A stretch of DNA of 63,909 bases, filler included, from Stramenopiles sp. TOSAG23-6 (taxonomy: Eukaryota): assembly GCA_900128565.1 (NCBI GenBank). It is 26 parts of 26 records of this genome, joined end to end, with 100 filler letters (N's around TTAATTAATTAA, not from the genome) between each part and the next. Parts side by side here need not be neighbours in the genome. Positions count along the whole stretch, not along the records: positions 1 to 2,379 come from LT638081.1; positions 2,480 to 4,858 come from LT638082.1; positions 4,959 to 7,335 come from LT638083.1; positions 7,436 to 9,807 come from LT638084.1; positions 9,908 to 12,278 come from LT638085.1; 21 more parts are not named here. The stretch is one strand, 5' to 3'. The notes below the pieces were generated by a model. That model searched no databases and was not told the DNA's origin. It saw nothing but the letters and a program-made list of their open reading frames with translations. Both the position numbers and the translations under genes were made by a program. Shown here one piece after another: positions 1-10,956 of this stretch; the first letter of the stretch is position 1; every line of letters begins with the position of its first letter.

Positions 1-37
1 AAAAAAAATTCGAAATTGAAAAAAAAATAAAACATAC
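1..37 (-). mobile_element. Introner-like intron, 5' part (contig ends inside it)
   Basis: Minus strand reads CCAT|GTATGTTTTATTTTTTTTTCAATTTCGAATTTT, the family 5' consensus. Confidence 0.8.
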
Positions 38-1118
38 ATGGCTTCGTCATTACTTCTGATTCTTCTTCTGATTCTGGTGTAATTGTAGAAAATTTTTTAA
101 GTACGCGTATAAAGACTTTGACAGGATTAGAAAAACATTTAAGCCTTTCAAATCGAAGTATCGCCCCATCTTTGACTTGTGTCTCTTCGTCAGAGCCTTT
201 CCACCCAAAATAGGTTTTTTGAATTTTTTCGTCAAACTCTATTTTTTGACGCTTGTCTGCTTTCTCATTCAATATCACTGCATTTGCAAAAAGTTTCTGC
301 CAAAAGCTTGAGTTACAGTTACATTCCATTAGAAAACTGGAATGCCAAATATAATTTGGATAGAATTCAATAGCCGCTTTTAAAACGGTCTCATTTCTAA
401 CCCCTCCAGGTGGATAATTCTTTTTTTTGTGAGGCAACTTTTGAACACGAAATAGTTGGAACTTTTCACTNAGACGCAGACGCAACGAAGCGTCGTCATA
501 TATGTCTGGATACAATTCCATCGCTGCAAACATCACATCAGGATCATCATTCCATTCCCCCTCAATAAGCATATATCTTACATCCTTAATAGTACTTCTA
601 TCTTTAGCTTTCTGCGTATATCTGAAGGATACTTCACCTNTGGGACTGCCAAGTTCTCGTATTTGTTGTAATACTTCATTTTTCTCATCTGAAAATTCAG
701 TTTCCTCGCCAAATACGACATCAAATATTTCAGTAACTCTCGAAAAGTCTTTAGTTGCCCTTAAACGATCAGAAGCATACAAAGAAAGTATTGGTTCAAT
801 CTTCATCGCTTCCATCATAAAATCAGCATCATCAAAAAAACGGCAGAAATCAGTAAAAATAGCAAAAGATGTGTCTTTTGCTTCTAGCCACTGAGGAGTC
901 AAAGAAAACATTCGCTTAAGTTCATCAAGCAAATCTCTCTGACTTTTAGATAAACGAGCACTTTGTGGAACCGGGAGAGAAAGAGCTTCAGTAGTTATGT
1001 CAGTGGATGCTTTAGTAGACTCAACTTGAGGCTCTGGAGAAGCATCTTTGGTATCTGCAGCGAGTGTACTAGTTGATAAAACAAAACATATCATCATGGT
1101 TGAGAGTAATCTTATCAT
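38..1118 (-). CDS. Secreted hypothetical protein, first exon (MIRLLSTMMICFVLSTSTLA...)
   Basis: Both ends translated by hand: ATG at 1118 with a hydrophobic N-terminus, and a phase-consistent end at the intron at 37. Absent from the ORF track, consistent with no stop before the window edge. Confidence 0.65.
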
Positions 1119-1366
1119 TATGCTTCGCCTTATGGCTTGGGTCCTTTATCTTTGACTCGCGTTTTAGTTTTTGACTTTTTGTACCTTAAGACAAAAGTGA
1201 AAGTTGCTGGATGACGCGCTGAATGCATCAGGTGCAAAAAACTGAACCCGATGACACGTGGCTAAAAATCCAAAAATCTTTTGACATGGCGGAGAAGTCG
1301 GAGTTAACGAACTGTTGCTATCAGGAACACATAATATAACACACAAAACTAGCAAAAAAACTGCAC

Positions 1367-2379
1367 ATGGTCACTCGAATGGCATCATCAATTGTGTGGT
1401 TTAGAAAGGGATTGCGTCTGCATGATAATACTGCATTATTGCAAGGTATTTCTGGCGCCAAACATACCGCTTGTGTATTCATTCTTGACCCACATTTTTG
1501 TAAACCTAAATATGTGGGGAAGAACAGAATGGCTTTCCTCCTAGAATCGCTCGTGGAACTTGATGATCTTTTACAAAGTAACTATCAGACACGACTAATT
1601 GTTTTGAGGGGGAAACCTGAAAGAGTGCTTTCGAAAAAGGTAAAGGAATGGGGAGTAAATAAAGTATCCTTTGAAATGGATACTGAACCATATGCACGAC
1701 GACGCGATAAGACAGTCACCTTGTCTTTGGAAAAAGTTGGTGTGGAAGTTTGTTGCACAAGTGGACATACTCTTTATGACATGGAAAAGTTATTTGCTCT
1801 CAACAAAGGCNTAACGCCCACTACAATGCGAAGTTTTCAAAAGCTTCTTCAGAAGGCAGGTCCCCCGGATAAACCTAAAAATGCTCCTTCTTCAATCCCT
1901 ACCTTACTCCCAGAAATTGATTATTCTGAAGAACTTCATGGAGTACCGACACTTAAAAGTTTAGGATACTCTACCCCTGCAACAACCCCATTCAAAGGTG
2001 GCGAATCTGAAGGTCTGCGAATGATGGAAGCTTTTATAAAAGATAAAAAACGTGTCATCAATTTTGAAAAGCCGAAAACGTCNCCAGCGGAACTTTATCC
2101 AAAAATATCAACTACTGGCCTATCACCCTATATGAAATTTGGTTGCGTATCTGCACGAAAATTTTTCTACAGATTAGACAAGATACTTTCAAAGAACAAG
2201 AAGCATACGCTACCTCCTGTTTCCCTTGTTGGGCAATTGTATTGGCGAGATTTTAATTATTTAGTCGCAAGTACAACACCAAACTTTGATACTATGAAAG
2301 GAAATCCTCGTTGTCGGCAGATTCCTTGGGTTCAGAATAAATCTAATCTTTCAGCATGGGAAAAAGGAGAAACGGGTTT
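1367..2379 (+). CDS. (6-4) photolyase / cryptochrome family, 3'-truncated
   Basis: WFRKGLRLHDN, FKGGESEGL, TTGLSPYMKFGCVS, SLVGQLYWRDF, CRQIPW and AWEKGETG motifs. Confidence 0.92.
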
Positions 2380-2423
2380 NNNNNNNNNNNNNNNNNNNNN
2401 NNNNNNNNNNNNNNNNNNNNNNN

Positions 2424-2435
2424 TTAATTAATTAA
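2424..2435. other. Artificial contig linker TTAATTAATTAA flanked by N runs (25 copies, roughly every 2.45-2.48 kb)
   Basis: Same all-frame-stop 12-mer between N runs at 2424, 4903, 7380, 9852, 12323, 14792, 17261, 19730 ... 61509. Confidence 0.98.
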
Positions 2436-3291
2436 NNNNNNNNNNNNNNNNNNNNNNNNNNNNNNNNNNNNNNNNNNNNTATACTATCAAGATTTTGTTT
2501 TTTTTCAAAATTACCAACACTTTTTTTTGATCCTTTTTAAGCTTTTTCAGCTCTTTTTCGGATAACTGGGATTCTGGCTGAAGCACATTTCTAACTGAGA
2601 CTTTTGTTTCCATTCCACTTTGAGTCTCCCTCAAAGAGATAGGGTTCTCTACGCTATTCTTCGAATTAGAAATTTTGCTACCTTGCTACACGCAATACTC
2701 AGACTGTCTAATCTTNNNNNNNNNNNNNNNNNNNNNNNNNNNNNNNNNNNNNNNNNNNNNNNNNNNNNNNNNNNNNNNNNNNNNNNNNNNNNNNNNNNNN
2801 NNNNNNNNNNNNNNNNNNNNNNNNNNNNNNNNNNNNNNNNNNNNNNNNNNNNNNNNNNNNNNNNNNNNNNNNNNNNNNNNNNNNNNTATACTATCAAGAT
2901 TTTGTTTTTTTTCAAAATTACCAACACTTTTTTTTGATCCTTTTTAAGCTTTTTCAGCTCTTTTTCGGATAACTGGGATTCTGGCTGAAGCACATTTCTA
3001 ACTGAGACTTTTGTTTCCATTCCACTTTGAGTCTCCCTCAAAGAGATAGGGTTCTCTACGCTATTCTTCGAATTAGAAATTTTGCTACCTTGCTACACGC
3101 AATACTCAGACTGTCTAATCTTTATAAAAAAATCGTACTTAAAAGGTTTCTGAGTTCCCGATGGTTCAGGAGTTGAGAGCCTGTTCTCTTCTCTCGCCCG
3201 CATCCGCAATATCCGCATCGTACCGAAAGAAGAAGAAAAAAAGGACTTCTTTTTTGTTCAAAGTAGGCGGGTAGTTTATACATTGTATAGT

Positions 3292-3868
3292 ATGGCAGAT
3301 AAAGCTAAAGAATGGGAAGAAACTCAGCGCCTCATGGCGGAACGGAGAAAGGTGAATGCTGAAAAACGTAGAATACAATCACAAAAGAATAGAGGGATTG
3401 AACAACGTGGCTCTGCTATGCAAAATTCAATGTATCCTCCTTCAGGGGCACCTCGTGCTCGTGGTCGTGGTCGTGGTCGAGGTCGAGGTCGAGGTCGTGG
3501 CTTCAGTCGATATAATTCAGGTCCGCGTCCTCAACAGTATCGGCCCCCCCCAAAAGAGCGGCAGTCCTTACAAACATCCTCAGCAGCAAACAGGCTACAA
3601 TTCTAATAAAGCTGACTTTGCGAGAATGGAAGCCCTACAACAGAACATTGACGATTCTATTTCGGATGATTTATTGACCGCTGCAAAGGCTGCAGCAGCT
3701 AATAGTAAAAGTTCAGCCAGCGAATGGGAAGAAACACAGCGCAAGATGGCTGCACGAAGGGCGGAAAAAAAAGAGCAGCGGCGATTACAGTCTTTAAGGA
3801 ATGAAGAAATTGTTGCACGAATGGCTGGTGGGGCCGGATGTTATGGGGCGAATAATCCATATGCTTAA
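3292..3868 (+). CDS. Small RG-rich protein with two EWEETQR repeats; apparent frameshift at C8 run
   Basis: EWEETQRLMAERR lies in one frame and EWEETQRKMAARR in the next; (RG)n tract; frames join at CCCCCCCC 3544-3551. Confidence 0.6.
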
Positions 3869-4102
3869 AAATGATCTTTATTCTTAAAGGGGAAAATTTT
3901 TTATGATTTTTTTGTAAATAAAATTATGTTACCCGGTAACATGTATTTGGAACCGTTTATTCTTAGCTAACGTCTTTGGCACTTGGGTAAGACTTAGTGT
4001 GTACCACTTTGGGCTTGCTCTATAAGGTTATGTGGTGGTATTTCCCAAAAATCTGTTGAAAATCACTAGATTATACGCATATTTCAACAACAGTGCTATA
4101 TA

Positions 4103-4858
4103 ATGAGTGGAAGTGCCCAAATGAAAGACGGTGAATTGAAAAAATTTCTCTCTGATATGGGAATGCTTGAATTCGTATATGGTGAGAAAAATGGATCTAT
4201 TAGGAAAGAAATTGGCAGCGAAAAATTCAGAATATGGGACCAGAAAACCTCAATGTGGTTAGACTATAACAAAAATGATGAAAACGAGAGTCATAGTGCT
4301 AAAAAGTCGACTTCACTAGAAGAAAGCACAAAGAAAATAGAGGCTCTATTGGCTAAACATAAACAACAAAAAAAGTTTCAAAAAGCGAAGAAACAACTAT
4401 CATTAGCCGCGTCTACAGTGGCAATTTTTCGTAGGAAAGACAAGACTCTTTGTGAGCCACCAGAGAAAACAAAAGAATCCGGTATAAACAATATAACCAA
4501 TATAAAGCTAAAAAAACTCGAACCTAGAAAACGAAAGAAAAAACAAACTGAAATCCAGCCAGAAAATTCTCAGGTTGAAAGATTTTTGCTTGCAGATTCT
4601 CTCTGGAATATTATAGAATTTATGCACAGTAGGTATATTGATAAACAATGTAGTTTCAATGGAATAGTAGTGGATCATACTTGTGGTCCTAGTAGTATCA
4701 GAGACAATCAAGCAGATATAGAATTTAAAACAAAAGAATCTGATATATGTGAAACAAATTTTGAAAAAAAACAAAATCTTGATAGTATAGAAAATCATGA
4801 AATGCAAAAAGTATCAAAAAAAAGTGTTGGTAATTTTGAAAAAAAACAAAATCTTGAT
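4103..4858 (+). CDS. Hypothetical Lys-rich protein, 3'-truncated
   Basis: Long ORF; repeated NFEKKQNLD. Confidence 0.55.
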
Positions 4859-4958
4859 NNNNNNNNNNNNNNNNNNNNNNNNNNNNNNNNNNNNNNNNNN
4901 NNTTAATTAATTAANNNNNNNNNNNNNNNNNNNNNNNNNNNNNNNNNNNNNNNNNNNN

Positions 4959-4990
<32 letters not shown>

Positions 4991-5048
4991 GTATGAAATT
5001 TTGTACCTAACAATTTTTTTTTTTTTGAAATATTTTTTCATAATACTT

Positions 5049-5440
5049 GCACTAGGCAATATAGAATTTAGTCAAGAAGAAGTGACACGTGTCAGACAAA
5101 TTCTTAGAGAATGTGTTATCGCAAATAAACAAACAATAAAATCTAGAAAAGGAACAAAAGCACCAGCACATGTATTTAATCATTACAAATTTTAATTTTT
5201 TGTTTTTTCATAGTAAATTTTGTACCTAAACAAAAAAAAAAACAAAATTTAAATTTCAAATTTCAAATTTTTTTTCAATTACAAAAAAATATTTATGCCT
5301 ACACAAAAAAAAATGTTTATATATATATATTCACAATACATGCAGTATATACACTACGACAACATTATGCAGCATTAAAAATTCAACAAATATGGCATAG
5401 ATTTAAAAAAATACATGATATTGATATTGTTGTAGAATAA
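5049..5440 (+). CDS. C-terminal exons (5049-5171, 5342-5440) of an IQ-motif protein, possibly a voltage-gated cation channel tail
   Basis: Removing the GT-AT intron 5172-5341 gives ...KAPAH|AVYTLRQHYAALKIQQIWHRFKK...*, an IQ motif near the C-terminus. Confidence 0.55.
5172..5341 (+). mobile_element. Degenerate Introner-like GT-AT intron (170 nt)
   Basis: CAT|GTATTT...AAATTTTGTACCTAAAC...TTCACAATACAT|GCA; removal keeps frame. The 3' half of another copy ends at 5048 (CATAATACTT). Confidence 0.75.
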
Positions 5441-5747
5441 CCCTAACCCTAATAAATGTATAAAAAATGAATGAATATTTAAAAATTAGGGTTAGGAACT
5501 TGAATTTTTTTTTCAATTAAAAAGAATGATTTGATTTTGCAAGACATTTTTTTGTTTGATGATTTTTATAATAATTTTTATAATACAAATTAAATCAAAA
5601 ATTGATTTTCTTTTTGGAAGTCATTGACAACTGATTGTAAAGTTTGAATTACTGATGACTATCATGTTTATCATTTAATTTCTTTACGTCACTGTCCTCG
5701 TCCTCTAGGGTTAACGCTCCCGATGGTCGAATTGTCCTCAATGTTCT

Positions 5748-7335
5748 TCAGGACCCATGTAATTCATCAGGAAATTCTTCAACATCACCTCCAACTCTAT
5801 CACCACTATTACGTCTATGACGACCAGTGGGAGGATCACCCAGCGGAACTGATCCTGGTTCTTCTCCTGGTTCTGCTCCTGCTTCTTCTCCTGCTTCTTC
5901 TCCTGCTTCTTCTCCTGGTTCTGCTCCTGGTTCTGCTCCTGGTTCTGCTCCTGATCCTGCTTCTGCTGTGTCTGCTTTGCAATACTCAACATCACCAGCA
6001 CTAGTAGTAGTAGTATGCGAAGTATACCCATAGTTACAAACATCACCACCACCATCACATAGTTGACATGCAACATTCGTAGGATCTGTATTGCAAAATT
6101 CATGATTAAGTGGCAAGACACTTCCACTTGGATGTCCTCCACATGGTTTGCAATACTTCTCACCAGTAGTATCCAAAGTATACCCATTGTTACAAATATC
6201 ACCTTCACATGGGAGACATTCGGGATTACCAGCGTTATAGGTATCACAATTTGAATCATCATCTTCATTTGGATAACCTCCACACTTCTTGCAGGGATCA
6301 TTAGGGTCAGTACCAGTTTTTGAATAACCTGCACTACAATCACCGGCAACGCATAGAGAAGGTACACCACCAGCGGGGTAAAAAGTAGGTCCATCACAAT
6401 ACGAAGTAGAAGCTTCGGCGAGACATTGTTTACAATAATCATCAGTAAATGTCGTACGTGTTGGAGTACAATCAGCATTTCCTCCACATTTTAGTTCCAT
6501 CGTTAGAATATCGAAGATTTCTTCAGGCGCAGGGGTGGGGGTCGGGATTGGTAGTGCAGCACCGACATAGAAACTCGTGTTTGGTATGCAATCTGAAAAA
6601 ATACTTCTGAAACGTTGTATATCACCAGATACTAGGATTTTGTGAGGCTTACAGAGAGCATGAGAACAATATTTATCTTCCGCTGTACATTCTCGACATG
6701 AACCTTTCCCATCCTGAATAAAGCCAATATTACAACAACCCTTATCTACAATTCCTGTGGGACACTGTATCGACGTGGTTTCATCAGTACGATTAGTATA
6801 TCCTCCACATGGTTTGCAATAGGGATTTCCCGTAGTAGTATCCAAAGTATACCCATTGTTACAGCCAGGACCAACCAAGTCATCATTTTGACAATAACCT
6901 TGACATGGGAGACATTCAGATCTAGTAGAATTATTATGGCAAAATGAATGATCACCTCCAACTGGATATCCTCCACATGGTTCGCAATAGCCTTCCTCAC
7001 CCTCAGTAGTAACCAAAGTATACCCATGGTTACAATTACCAGAACATGGTTTACATCTAGGATCCTCAGAACCAAAAACGGAACCAGCTGAACAATCTAT
7101 ATATCCTCCACATGCCTTGCAAAACCGATTGCTACCATTACTGATAATAGTATACCCATTCTTAATGTTACAGCCACCATCACAATAAAGTGGGTTACAA
7201 AAACCTTCACATGGGTGACATTCAGTATGAAGCTCATTATAGGTATCACAATATCTATGATGACCAGGTTCAAGTGGATATCCTCCACATGATTTACAAG
7301 AGGGATTTTCTTCTATAGTAACCAAATTAAAACCT
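5748..7335 (-). CDS. Cys-rich repeat surface/secreted protein, 5'-truncated
   Basis: Repeated CNNGYTLDTT..YCKPCGGYP..C....ECLPCEG units, with GAEP/GEEA tetrapeptide repeats at the C-terminus. Confidence 0.8.
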
Positions 7336-7846
7336 NNNNNNNNNNNNNNNNNNNNNNNNNNNNNNNNNNNNNNNNNNNNTTAATTAATTAANNNNNNNNN
7401 NNNNNNNNNNNNNNNNNNNNNNNNNNNNNNNNNNNACACCAACCATCCAAGGTCGGTGCTCATCATTTGATACAGCTCTCCCTGAGAGTCTATCTTTCAA
7501 GCAGAGATAGCTTGTGATCTCAGTAGCAGGACCTAACCCGCTAAGCACTTTTTGCATGACCTCTTCTTCATGTTTTGTTCGTTTGTGTGCGTTCATTTTG
7601 TAAAAAAAAGAAAGACACTATTCGGTTGTCGTTGTTGTGTCCTTTTCTTTCGCGTGTCGTGAAAAACAAAAATTCAAAATTGACCGACCACGAACCCTAA
7701 CCCTAGGTCAATTTTTTTTCATCGCAAAAGACTTGAAGTTCGAACTTGACTTGAAGTACCTACTTGAAACTCTCTATCACACACACAACCCCACAGACAG
7801 TGTGGTTAGACGAATTAAAACTTCGTCAAATTGGTACAAGCCAACA

Positions 7847-8494
7847 ATGGGACTTTCTATTGCAAAGCTGTGGGATTCGTGGGCTGGATTAGGTGGTTCA
7901 GAATGTGGTATCTTAATGGTTGGTCTTGACGCAGCTGGTAAGACGACCATCTTATATAAGTTAAAGTTGGGGGATGTGGTCTCGACCATTCCTACAATTG
8001 GTAAGTTTCTACATCAAACACTCTTTTTGTAAAAAGTAGTACATCAGTATGGTAACATTGCTAATATAAAGTATTATTTTATATTATATTTCCACATTAT
8101 AGGATTCAACGTAGAAACTGTTCAATACAGGAACATCAAATTTAATGTATGGGATGTCGGAGGACAAGATAAAATTCGACCACTTTGGCGTCACTACTAT
8201 AAGGGTGTCAGTGGTGTAATCTTTGTCGTTGACAGTAACGATGCAGCTCGTTTTCCTGAAGCAAAGAAAGAATTGGAGATAATGCTAAGTAAAGAAGAAT
8301 TACTCAAAGATGTGGTCGTATTGGTTTTTATAAACAAACAAGATTTACCCAAGGCGAAAAGTCCTCAAGATGTTGTCAGAGCATTGGGTCTAAATAAAAC
8401 ACGTCAAAAATGGTGGGCCCAAGCATGTTGTGCGACAACAGGTGATGGTTTATATGAAGGTTTAGATTGGTTATCGAATGAATTGAAAAATTGA
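7847..8494 (+). CDS. ARF: ADP-ribosylation factor family GTPase (exons 7847-8000, 8103-8494)
   Basis: MG start, [53 protein letters not shown]. Confidence 0.95.
8001..8102 (+). other. Canonical GT-AG spliceosomal intron, unrelated to the repeat family
   Basis: GTAAGT...GCTAAT...TTATAG; removal restores PTIGFNVE. Confidence 0.95.
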
Positions 8495-8877
8495 AATAGT
8501 TTCTAGATACTTTTCATTTGTCCCTTTTTAGTAAAATACAATAAATATCTTCAAAGCACTAAAATATATCTCAAGTAGTCACGAATTGTATTACTTATTT
8601 ATTACAAAAGTATATTATTGCATTATGAAAACAATAATGTAAAGTATTTATTCATGCAGGAGAGAGAAAAATCTACCAAGTACGAAAATTTGGTATACCG
8701 AACCTAAACATACATCCAACACTAAAGAAAACTTTTATACAAAAAAAAGCTTCTCTTTTTTAATGATTTTTTTTTTCTTTTTACTCAACTAAGTGGCACA
8801 TATTGTAGCACATTATAGGATATTCTAAGAAATTCATCTCGATGTATAACAAGACTTGATAAAAAAAGGTTTTTATA

Positions 8878-8982
8878 TTATCTTGCTTTCTTTCGTTGTC
8901 TATCGGATGGTGGTCGTACATCATGTATTGTGAAAAAAAAAATGGACATTTCAAAAAAATCGTTAGGTACAAAATTTCGTAC

Positions 8983-9032
<50 letters not shown>

Positions 9033-9751
9033 AAATTGGATGAAAACGTACATCGATTATTCCCAAAGCTCCAATACCTAAATCAGAGTCTTCTGAAGTA
9101 TAATCATCTTCTTCATCACTACTTGCATCATTTTCATACATTTCTTCTTTATTAAGAGATAAAATATCGACCATAACTTTTTGAGTTCGATTACCCTGAA
9201 AAAATGATGATGTATTTGTGACTTCTTCTATTTGCTTTTTTTGTCTCTCTTCTGATAAATCACGCCACAAGTATTGTGAAACAATATTTCAGAAATTTAA
9301 AATTCAAAACAAATCGTTAGGTACGAAATTTTCTCCAAAAAAAAAATAAAAAAATAAAAAAATAAAAAAAATAAAATAAATTAATAAATTCATGATGAAA
9401 ACGTACAACTTCTCACGAAGTATTTGTCTATCTGCTTTTGTCTTTAACAACCATTTTTTTAATCTTCTCGAATGATTCGGATCACTAGAGAGTTTTATAT
9501 ATTTTGGTTGTTCTTTCATCCATTTTGTTATTAATACATTTTTTGCATTACGTACATCATTTGCTTCATAATAACGAATTAATTTTCCATCTTTTGAAAT
9601 TTGTGAACCATCTCTCGTGACTACACAATAAGCATTTAAACGACTTCCTTTAGCATTATCAACCATCTGACACGCGGATTGCTTTGTGCTAGAGAGTATA
9701 ATACAAGGCTGTCCCAAACGACCACGTGAAAAGTCTTTTGCGATAGGATGA
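8878..9751 (-). CDS. Hypothetical protein, last three exons (9751-9407, 9268-9052, 8922-8878)
   Basis: Frames join on removing the family introns (REKL|WRDL; IID|DVRPP). Confidence 0.7.
8923..9051 (-). mobile_element. Introner-like GT-AT intron
   Basis: GAT|GTACGTTTT...TACGAAATTTTGTACCTAACG...CACAATACAT|GAT. Confidence 0.8.
9269..9406 (-). mobile_element. Introner-like GT-TT intron
   Basis: AAGTT|GTACGTTTT...TTTCGTACCTAACG...CACAATACTT|GTGG; removal joins ORFs 9304-9717 and 8878-9270 in frame. Confidence 0.8.
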
Positions 9752-9907
9752 ATGTATTTTGGAAAAATATTTCAAAAAAAAAACTTAAATTTGTTAGGTA
9801 CAAAATTNNNNNNNNNNNNNNNNNNNNNNNNNNNNNNNNNNNNNNNNNNNNTTAATTAATTAANNNNNNNNNNNNNNNNNNNNNNNNNNNNNNNNNNNNN
9901 NNNNNNN

Positions 9908-10453
9908 GTTCTGTGTGTGTCTTGGCATAAAGCGATATCGCTTGAGCGTCTGTCATGCCACTGTGGTCCCCGCATAACTTAGGCTGTGCCTCTACCATAG
10001 GTTTGAAGTACCAAGCGGTTGAATCAGCATTGGGGTAGTGACACCAATCCCCCGCTTTCTGATTTGCCGTGAGTCCTCCACAACAACATCTATGAGAAGG
10101 GGTTTTTGAATCGTTGTTCCAAAGTTCTGCCGCGCCAACATCCGGATATTTTTCTTTACATTTGGCTTTGCATGATTCCAAGGTTTTTTTGCCATTGGCA
10201 TCTGTAAAAGTCCACTGGACGCCATCCTCATTGCAGTCCTCCCAGGTTTCTCCAGTTCTGGCACCGGGATTGATTGGGACACCGAAGCCTTTAGAGGGCG
10301 CCNNNNNNNNNNNNNNNNNNNNNNNNNNNNNNNNNNNNNNNNNNNNNNNNNNNNNNNNNNNNNNNNNNNNNNNNNNNNNNNNNNNNNNNNNNNNNNNNNN
10401 NNNNNNGCTAAAGCGAGAGCGGGATAAAGGAGTAGTAGGACGCAGGTTTTCAT
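9908..10453 (-). CDS. Secreted Cys-containing protein (gapped, truncated)
   Basis: Signal-peptide-like MKTCVLLLLYPALAL, then a Cys-rich segment CKAKCKEKY...RCCCGG after an N gap. Confidence 0.5.
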
Positions 10454-10956
10454 TTTCGTGATTGAGTGTGACGAAGGATATGTTGTTTTACAATCAAGAT
10501 TGTGGAGTTACGATACAGTTGATTCTTTATTTTATTCAGATATGAATCAAAGATTGTCGTAAAAACTTGGTGTATGTGCAACGTTACTGGGTATGGTAAG
10601 ACTTGTCCTACATTTGAGTAACGGTACCGAACAGCCAATAAGCAGCTTTGTGCCGAGTTTCATAAATTTCGCATAAATTTCAACAGAAAAATATAAAATT
10701 ATATCACCATTTCATGAAAGTTCTTGTGAAAATTTCATATTTTCAAGCGATTCTGAAAAAGGTGAAAGTTATTATTCATAAACGCAACAAGCGGCCAATT
10801 GACAGTTTTCACATGCAACCTTGACTAGGTTGTTGAGAGGTTGCCATGATATAGTGGTACAAATCTGAAATATCTCTACGATAAAAAATACGTAATTTTC
10901 TACCAATTTTCTATGAAAAAAAAAATAAATTTGAAATGACAAATGAAATTTTGTTT

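Noticed and set aside
2380-2479. Regular N-TTAATTAATTAA-N units as a biological repeat or CRISPR-like array
   Set aside because: Synthetic all-frame-stop linker between size-sorted contigs; gene adjacency across linkers is meaningless.
2480-3121. 235-nt direct repeat across an N gap
   Set aside because: Identical sequence either side of a scaffold gap, typical of an unmerged overlap.
8781-9053. Phe- or Lys-rich short ORFs containing FFSYEILYLT, VRNFVPN or LGTKFRTK
   Set aside because: These recurring peptides are translations of the intron core in different frames, not a protein family.
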